Source of the DNA: Candidatus Firestoneibacteriota bacterium
GTDB taxonomy: Bacteria > Oederibacteriota > D2-FULL-39-29 > JBDRBU01
Length of the DNA stretch: 32,501 bases
Reading direction: 5' to 3'
Assembly (NCBI GenBank): GCA_043822305.1
Contig: JBDRBU010000007.1
Location: forward strand, 1-32,501
In this document: positions 27,406 to 32,501 of the stretch, piece after piece
How positions within the stretch are numbered: the first letter of the stretch is position 1
Layout: the number at the start of each line of letters is the position of its first letter
Translations under genes and position numbers: made by a program
The notes under the pieces: generated by a model
Told to the model about the DNA's origin: nothing
What the model saw: the letters and a program-made list of their open reading frames with translations, nothing else
The model's database searches: none

Positions 27406-28421
27406 TATTTTCCTCCCAGAATAACTTGTTTCTTGCTTAATGTATAAATAAAAATACTTCCTCCTAATATCCCTGTGATGACGCCGACAGGTAATTCTAA
27501 AGGTGATATAACTATTCTAGATAATGTATCGCAAAATATTAAAAAACATGCCCCGCTTAAAAAGGCACTAATCAAAAGAATTCGATGGTCACTTCCAACG
27601 AACATACGGACAAAATGAGGAACAACCAGACCGACAAATCCAATAATACCAGCAACCGCCACACTACAACCAGTAAGTAAAGAGGAGAGTATAAAAAGTA
27701 ACCGCTTTGTTCTTTCTATATTTATGCCCAGATGCAACGCTTCTTCTTCACCAAGTAGAAAAGCATTTAAATCCTTCCAAAATAAACAAGATATGAACAA
27801 CCCTAGAACAGATATTAAAAGTGTTAGTTTTATTAAAACCCAGTTTGGTTCTTCTAATGAACCCATTATCCAGAAGATAATTCCATGAAGGTCCTCAGTC
27901 CGAGAAACAGCCATAATGAGCATAATTAAAGAAGAAGAAATAAAACTTATCATCACACCCGTTAAAAGAAGTTCTTGAATCTTTAAAATACCCTTTTTTA
28001 TACTTAAGGAATAAACCAATAAAATAACTAAGATTGCTCCAGCCCAACCAAAAAGAGGTAAGGTTACAGCACCAAAAGTTTGATATAATCTAAATATAAT
28101 ATTTAAACATACACCTAAGGCTGCTCCTCCAGAAATGCCCAGTGTGTATGGTTCTACAAGAGGATTACGAAACATACCCTGTAAAATTACTCCAGATAAA
28201 GCCAATGCTCCGCCTACGGCAAAACCCAGAATAATGCGCGGTAATCGGATATCAAAAATAATACTATATTCGGTAGAGCCTTTACCTTCAAGGATAACTT
28301 TTAGAATCTTCTTTAAAGATATTCCAACTGAACCTGTGCATATGGAGAAAAGAGAGATACAAAGTAACAAACCGCACAAAACCAATATCCAACAGATCCA
28401 TCTAATAATTTTCTTTCTCAT
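27405..28421 (-). CDS. btuC: Cobalamin ABC transporter permease (FecCD family)
   Basis: IRLPRII, RNPLVEP, GIIGFVGLVVPH, ELPVG. Confidence 0.9.
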   Translation of the reverse strand: MRKKIIRWICWILVLCGLLLCISLFSICTGSVGISLKKILKVILEGKGSTEYSIIFDIRLPRIILGFAVGGALALSGVILQGMFRNPLVEPYTLGISGGAALGVCLNIIFRLYQTFGAVTLPLFGWAGAILVILLVYSLSIKKGILKIQELLLTGVMISFISSSLIMLIMAVSRTEDLHGIIFWIMGSLEEPNWVLIKLTLLISVLGLFISCLFWKDLNAFLLGEEEALHLGINIERTKRLLFILSSLLTGCSVAVAGIIGFVGLVVPHFVRMFVGSDHRILLISAFLSGACFLIFCDTLSRIVISPLELPVGVITGILGGSIFIYTLSKKQVILGGK

Positions 28422-29248
28422 TTTATTACTCCAGGATGTAAAATATTGACAATTTCCTCTAATGTTTTCACGAAACTCACTGGCGTGGGGCTGGTAAGTT
28501 CGTCAGTAGATATAATATAAATTCGGTTGTTCTCTGTCGCACTTAAAGTTTTATATTTCTCCCAGACCTTTTTTTCTTCTTCCCCGGCAATGCCCATGGC
28601 CGTAATAATTATTACATCAGGATTTGCGGATAAAACCTGTTCTCTTGAATATATACCTTCCTTTGCGTCTTTAGCTATATTTATTCCACCAGCAATTTCA
28701 ATATAGTCATTAATAAAACAACTACCTGTTGCGACAAACAAAGGTTTTGCTCCTACCTGGACAAGAACCTTTGGTTTTCCTAAAATTTCAACCTTTTTTT
28801 TAATGAATTTTACATTGTCTTCAGCATTCTTTACAATCTTTTCAGATTCTTTTTCTTTACCAACAAGTCTTCCTAATTCTAAAAACTGTTTGCACAGATC
28901 ACTAAAATTTTCTGGCATAGACAAAGTAATCACTTTTATTTCTAATCTTTTTAATTTCTCTTTTGCCTTAGGATTAGTTAAAGATGTGGCTAAGACCAAG
29001 TCCGGTTTAAGATTAAATATTTTTTCTATGTTTATATCTATAACTGTACCAATCTTCTCTTTTTTTTCTGCTCCAGCAGGGCTAAGGCAGTATATAGTAT
29101 TGGCTATCAATTTATCCTGCACTTCTAAAAGATATAACCCCTTGGTTATAGAAGGCCCTAAAGAGATTATTCTTTGAGGGAGGATGTCGGCTACACAAAT
29201 ACCACATAAAATTATTAAAAATACTGATAATATTATATTTTTTTTCAT
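28418..29248 (-). CDS. btuF: Cobalamin-binding periplasmic protein
   Basis: RIISLGPSIT, EKIFNLKPDLV, AGGINI, NPDVII; signal peptide. Confidence 0.85.
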   Translation of the reverse strand: MKKNIILSVFLIILCGICVADILPQRIISLGPSITKGLYLLEVQDKLIANTIYCLSPAGAEKKEKIGTVIDINIEKIFNLKPDLVLATSLTNPKAKEKLKRLEIKVITLSMPENFSDLCKQFLELGRLVGKEKESEKIVKNAEDNVKFIKKKVEILGKPKVLVQVGAKPLFVATGSCFINDYIEIAGGINIAKDAKEGIYSREQVLSANPDVIIITAMGIAGEEEKKVWEKYKTLSATENNRIYIISTDELTSPTPVSFVKTLEEIVNILHPGVIK

Positions 29249-29895
29249 TTTTCAATCTCCAAAAACCAGTGGTTATCTTTTAATATTTTTTTTCCGGTAA
29301 TAAATTTCATCGGTTTTTTAAAAATGGGTCCATCATAAACGAATGTATGATACTCACCTTTTTCTCCACACATATCAATATTTTTTAAAGATGCCAGTTC
29401 TTTTATGAGATTATTATCAATCTGACGACCTAACCATTTTTTGCCTAAAAAATTACTATTTGTTGCTACAACAATTGCCTTAAATCCAACATCAATAAAC
29501 TCCTTAAGCAACTTTTTTCTTTTTTCTTTCCATAATGGAAGTATTGGCTCAATATTCAATTCTTTACAAACTCTTTCTACCCAGTCCCTGTGTTCTTGTA
29601 AATCAATATCACCAAAAATCCCTGTTATCATGCCTTTTGTCTTTAATTTAGAAACGGTTTTTTTGAATTCCTGTTCGTAAGTTTTCCATTCAGTTTTTCT
29701 TTGTATAATAGGGATCCCTATTATATCTGATTGTAACTTTAATAGAGTGGATTTGATGCCATGTGTTCGAGAACGTTTTCCATCTTCAGAAATCATATTT
29801 AGAAGACAGTCAATTTTCATGTTTTTATTCTTTATTGTTCTGTATAAAGATAGTGCACTTTCCTTGCCACCGCTCCAGCAACAAAATGTTTTCAT
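29245..29895 (-). CDS. DUF71/diphthine-ammonia-ligase (Dph6)-like ATP pyrophosphatase
   Basis: WSGGKES PP-loop, FGDI, WVERVC, PLW, CGEKGEYHTFVYDGPIF. Confidence 0.88.
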   Translation of the reverse strand: MKTFCCWSGGKESALSLYRTIKNKNMKIDCLLNMISEDGKRSRTHGIKSTLLKLQSDIIGIPIIQRKTEWKTYEQEFKKTVSKLKTKGMITGIFGDIDLQEHRDWVERVCKELNIEPILPLWKEKRKKLLKEFIDVGFKAIVVATNSNFLGKKWLGRQIDNNLIKELASLKNIDMCGEKGEYHTFVYDGPIFKKPMKFITGKKILKDNHWFLEIEK

Positions 29896-30959
29896 TTAAT
29901 TCTCCATGTTTTTCTATTTACTTTTAAATTTATTACATATCCACATATTTTACAATGGAAAGCATCCCGTTTCATACCGGCCTCGCATCCCGGACATTTC
30001 TTCTGACTGGTTTTTGGGACCGGAATTTTTCCTAATTCCTTTTTATATATTTCGTAATAATACAGATGTTCTTTATTTAAAAATTTTACCGGATATGCCT
30101 TTTTTTTCTCTTCAAATTCTTCATCTCGTATTTTTAAACTGATTATTCTTCTTAATTTAGTCATTCCCGAACCAGACTCTAAAGGTCTTTTATCCTGCCA
30201 GACAATTTCAGGAGGTAATAAATCTTCAAATGCCTTCCGCAAAATCCATTTTCCTGTATTTTCTTTTATCTTCAAAATAACAGGAATTTTTAAAGCAAAA
30301 TCTACCACATTTTTATCAATAAAGGGCTGGATTATTTTAATCCCAAAATATTTACCAAGTTCGTTAGAACTAAAACTCATGTTTTTAGATATTCTTTTAA
30401 TATAACTTTGTAAATTATGCACATCCTTCATAAACGAATATCCTCCAAAAAGTTCATCACTTCCATCACCAGTCATAACTGATTTCATTCCTAATTTTTT
30501 CGCTTGCTTTAATCCAAAATAAACTGCAATATCATTAGGAATAGCCGGGTCAAAAGTTTTAAGAACTCTTATTATTTCCGGAATAGAGTTTATGGCTTCA
30601 TCTATTTCTACGATTCTTTTGTAATGTTTCATATTTAAGTATTTGGCTAAAAAATTAGCATATTTTAAATCCTCTCCATTTAACTTTAAATTCACAGTAA
30701 TTCCTATAAGATTAGGATTAATACCGGCTAAAATAGACGAATCTAAACCACCGGAGAAAAGCAATCCTTCCGCGTTCACGTTATTCTTTTGAGCAACTTT
30801 TCTTATAATATTTTTCAACTCTAAAACTAGTTCTGGCGTAAAGCCTCCTGGTATAATGTTCACGATAGTTTTTAGTTCTCCTTTGATTCCACAACCCCCT
30901 TGATCCCCCTTTATTAAGGGGGAATAAATGGAGTCGGGGTCGTCCCCTGACCCCGACAT
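29892..30959 (-). CDS. Asparagine-synthase synthetase-domain protein without a glutaminase domain, with a C-terminal zinc ribbon (real start possibly GTG 30863)
   Basis: FSGGLDSS, TGDGSDELFGGY, PF, KWILRKAF, CPGC...CKICG; the first ~24 codons are repeat-derived. Confidence 0.85.
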   Translation of the reverse strand: MSGSGDDPDSIYSPLIKGDQGGCGIKGELKTIVNIIPGGFTPELVLELKNIIRKVAQKNNVNAEGLLFSGGLDSSILAGINPNLIGITVNLKLNGEDLKYANFLAKYLNMKHYKRIVEIDEAINSIPEIIRVLKTFDPAIPNDIAVYFGLKQAKKLGMKSVMTGDGSDELFGGYSFMKDVHNLQSYIKRISKNMSFSSNELGKYFGIKIIQPFIDKNVVDFALKIPVILKIKENTGKWILRKAFEDLLPPEIVWQDKRPLESGSGMTKLRRIISLKIRDEEFEEKKKAYPVKFLNKEHLYYYEIYKKELGKIPVPKTSQKKCPGCEAGMKRDAFHCKICGYVINLKVNRKTWRIK

Positions 30960-30960
30960 A
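30891..30960 (-). repeat. Adjacent family-1 (30925-30960) and family-2 (30891-30925, inverted relative to the other copies) repeats
   Basis: Minus strand reads TATGTCGGGGTCAGGGGACGACCCCGACTCCATTT then ATTCCCCCTTAATAAAGGGGGATCAAGGGGGTTGT. Confidence 0.8.
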
Positions 30961-30965
30961 CCTTA

Positions 30966-31499
30966 CTAATATTCTATCCCCGCCCTGGCTTTAATCCCTG
31001 TTTGATAAGGATGTTTGACTAAAATCATATTAGTTACTAAATCTGCTTTTTCAATGATTTCATCTGGAACATTCCTCCCAGTTAAAATCAACTCAACATT
31101 ATTTGGTTTTTCATCAAGTATCTTTAAAATCTTTTTAATGCTTATAAAATCATCTGATATGCAATTATTTATCTCATCTAAAATTATTATATCGTATTTT
31201 TTTGATTTCATAATTTTAGATACATCTTTTACCATCTTATTTATATCTTTAATTAAACCCCTATTAAGAGGTTTTTTTGTAAAGCCTGGATGAATTTGTT
31301 TCCCCCTTATGATTTTTAAAGAATCCTTAAATTTTTCTGCTGATATTAACTCTCCGCTCTTACAGTTTTTATCTTTTAAAAACTGGAATATGCAAACTTT
31401 TAATCCATTTCCTACGGCTCTAAATGCTTGTCCTAAGGCTGCTGTAGTTTTTCCCTTACCATCACCCGTATAAATTTGAATTAATCCATGTTTTAGCAT
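30966..31499 (-). CDS. cobO: Cob(I)alamin/corrinoid adenosyltransferase (CobO/BtuR/CobA)
   Basis: YTGDGKGKTTAALG, QFLK, ILDEI, LTGR, KHPY..G..AR.GIEY; GGAGGG RBS. Confidence 0.95.
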   Translation of the reverse strand: MLKHGLIQIYTGDGKGKTTAALGQAFRAVGNGLKVCIFQFLKDKNCKSGELISAEKFKDSLKIIRGKQIHPGFTKKPLNRGLIKDINKMVKDVSKIMKSKKYDIIILDEINNCISDDFISIKKILKILDEKPNNVELILTGRNVPDEIIEKADLVTNMILVKHPYQTGIKARAGIEY

Positions 31500-31500
31500 T

Positions 31501-32271
31501 TTACCCTCCATAAAATACTTCCATTACTATTTTTTTGCTACTTAAAATTTCTTTAATCCCTTTTTTGGGTTTAATTTCCAAAGTAAAAACTGCATCTTTA
31601 TGAAATGGTGCTGATTTTTTTATTGTCTTCAACAAAGAGACCATATCAATATTCCCTTTACCAATAGGAAGATGTGAGTCTGTCTGGCCATCATTATCGT
31701 GAATATGAAACTCTATTATTTCAAAAGGTAACGCTTTAAGATAATCACAAAGATTTTTCTTATCAGTTAGATTTTTCTTAAACGCAATATTTAAATGACC
31801 TATATCCAACAACATCCCGAGTCTTTTGTTGTTTACAGCTTTTTTAATTTTTATTAAATCGCTTATCCTGGAGTTTATTATCCAGTTTTCTAAGCTTAGA
31901 TGAATATTTTTTATTTTTTTTAAAGTATATTTTAAAGCCATCACTGTTGCTTCAAAATCAAAAGCATTTTTAAATACAGGATCAAAAGATATGCTCCATA
32001 CATTTTTCTCCAGATTTTCACTCTTAATAAACTGTAATATTCTGTTCAATCTGTAATCTAACCCTTTTATTATTTTATCTTCACTTATTCCAAAAAAACT
32101 TAGATGAAAAGTAATAATTAAGTTATTATCTCTTATGATTTTAGCCATACTTTCTTTTTCTTCAAAAGAACTTCCCAAGAAACTAATTGAGTTAAAGCCC
32201 AGATCAACAACCCTTTGTATTTTTCTGGCTAGATCACCTTTTAAATTCCATAACGATATGCCTATGTTCAT
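31501..32271 (-). CDS. AP-endonuclease-2/xylose-isomerase-like TIM-barrel metalloenzyme; candidate CbiR-like cobamide-remodelling enzyme
   Basis: FH, LEN, LDIGH, FHIHDNDG..DSHLPIGKG, LE metal-binding motifs; first gene under the B12 riboswitch. Confidence 0.8.
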   Translation of the reverse strand: MNIGISLWNLKGDLARKIQRVVDLGFNSISFLGSSFEEKESMAKIIRDNNLIITFHLSFFGISEDKIIKGLDYRLNRILQFIKSENLEKNVWSISFDPVFKNAFDFEATVMALKYTLKKIKNIHLSLENWIINSRISDLIKIKKAVNNKRLGMLLDIGHLNIAFKKNLTDKKNLCDYLKALPFEIIEFHIHDNDGQTDSHLPIGKGNIDMVSLLKTIKKSAPFHKDAVFTLEIKPKKGIKEILSSKKIVMEVFYGG

Positions 32272-32281
32272 TTTTCCCCTT

Positions 32282-32320
32282 AAAATAAAAAACCCCGTTC
32301 GCCTTTAAGACGAACGGGGT
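32282..32320 (-). terminator. Intrinsic terminator in the leader (riboswitch expression platform)
   Basis: 10-bp stem ACCCCGUUCG/CGAACGGGGU followed by a U-rich tract, just upstream of the AGGGG RBS. Confidence 0.85.
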
Positions 32321-32429
32321 GCACCCTGATTTTCTTATCCCGTTTTAATAAAAACTCGACATTCCTTTACGGCGCGAAGGAATTCGATTTACCCGCGCAC
32401 CACTTAAGGGGTACGGGGCTTGTTTTACA

Positions 32430-32501
32430 GCAAGGTTTTCTGACTCACAGGTTTTATCCTACTCTCTTACCTTCCCCTCCATAATGAAGAGTGGTTTGCT
32501 A
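32430..32501 (-). ncRNA. Cobalamin riboswitch, 3' half (5' half outside the window)
   Basis: Minus strand AACCACU...GGGAAGG...GAGUCAGAAAACCUUGC resembles the conserved GCCACUG/GGGAAG/B12-box elements; lies upstream of cob/btu genes. Confidence 0.85.

Noticed and set aside
1372..31293. Many 60-155 aa ORFs antisense to, or nested within, recognised genes
   Set aside because: Shadow ORFs with no recognisable motifs

Overview
AT-rich bacterial DNA from a probable diderm anaerobe (it encodes a porin and BtuB/TonB), with two convergent halves. The + strand (1-14.8 kb) starts with the 3' end of an IS3-family element joined directly to the 3' half of a rex gene. A near self-contained Mo/W formate dehydrogenase locus follows: Cys-type Tat-exported FdnG/FdhA, Fe-S subunit, HybB/NrfD-type anchor, porin, FdhE, a ModE-like regulator with its operator, FdhD, TupABC, a MOSC protein, a decayed toxin-antitoxin-like remnant, tatA, moaA and a polyprenyl synthase. 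The - strand (32.5-14.9 kb) holds a cobalamin-riboswitch operon: a CbiR-like TIM barrel, cobO, two unexplained PP-loop amide-ligase-like enzymes, btuFCD, cobT, cobU, cobS, btuB and tonB. After it come speD-speE-decarboxylase, a 46-aa (CCxxC-x5-C)2 microprotein missing from the ORF track, dksA, polA and coaE. The best candidates for new biology are the B12-regulated cobamide remodelling/repair module with two uncharacterised ATP pyrophosphatases and the Cys-rich microprotein coupled to an atypical DksA. Several families of short palindromic repeats also overlap coding sequence. All protein calls come from motif recognition by eye; no searches were run.
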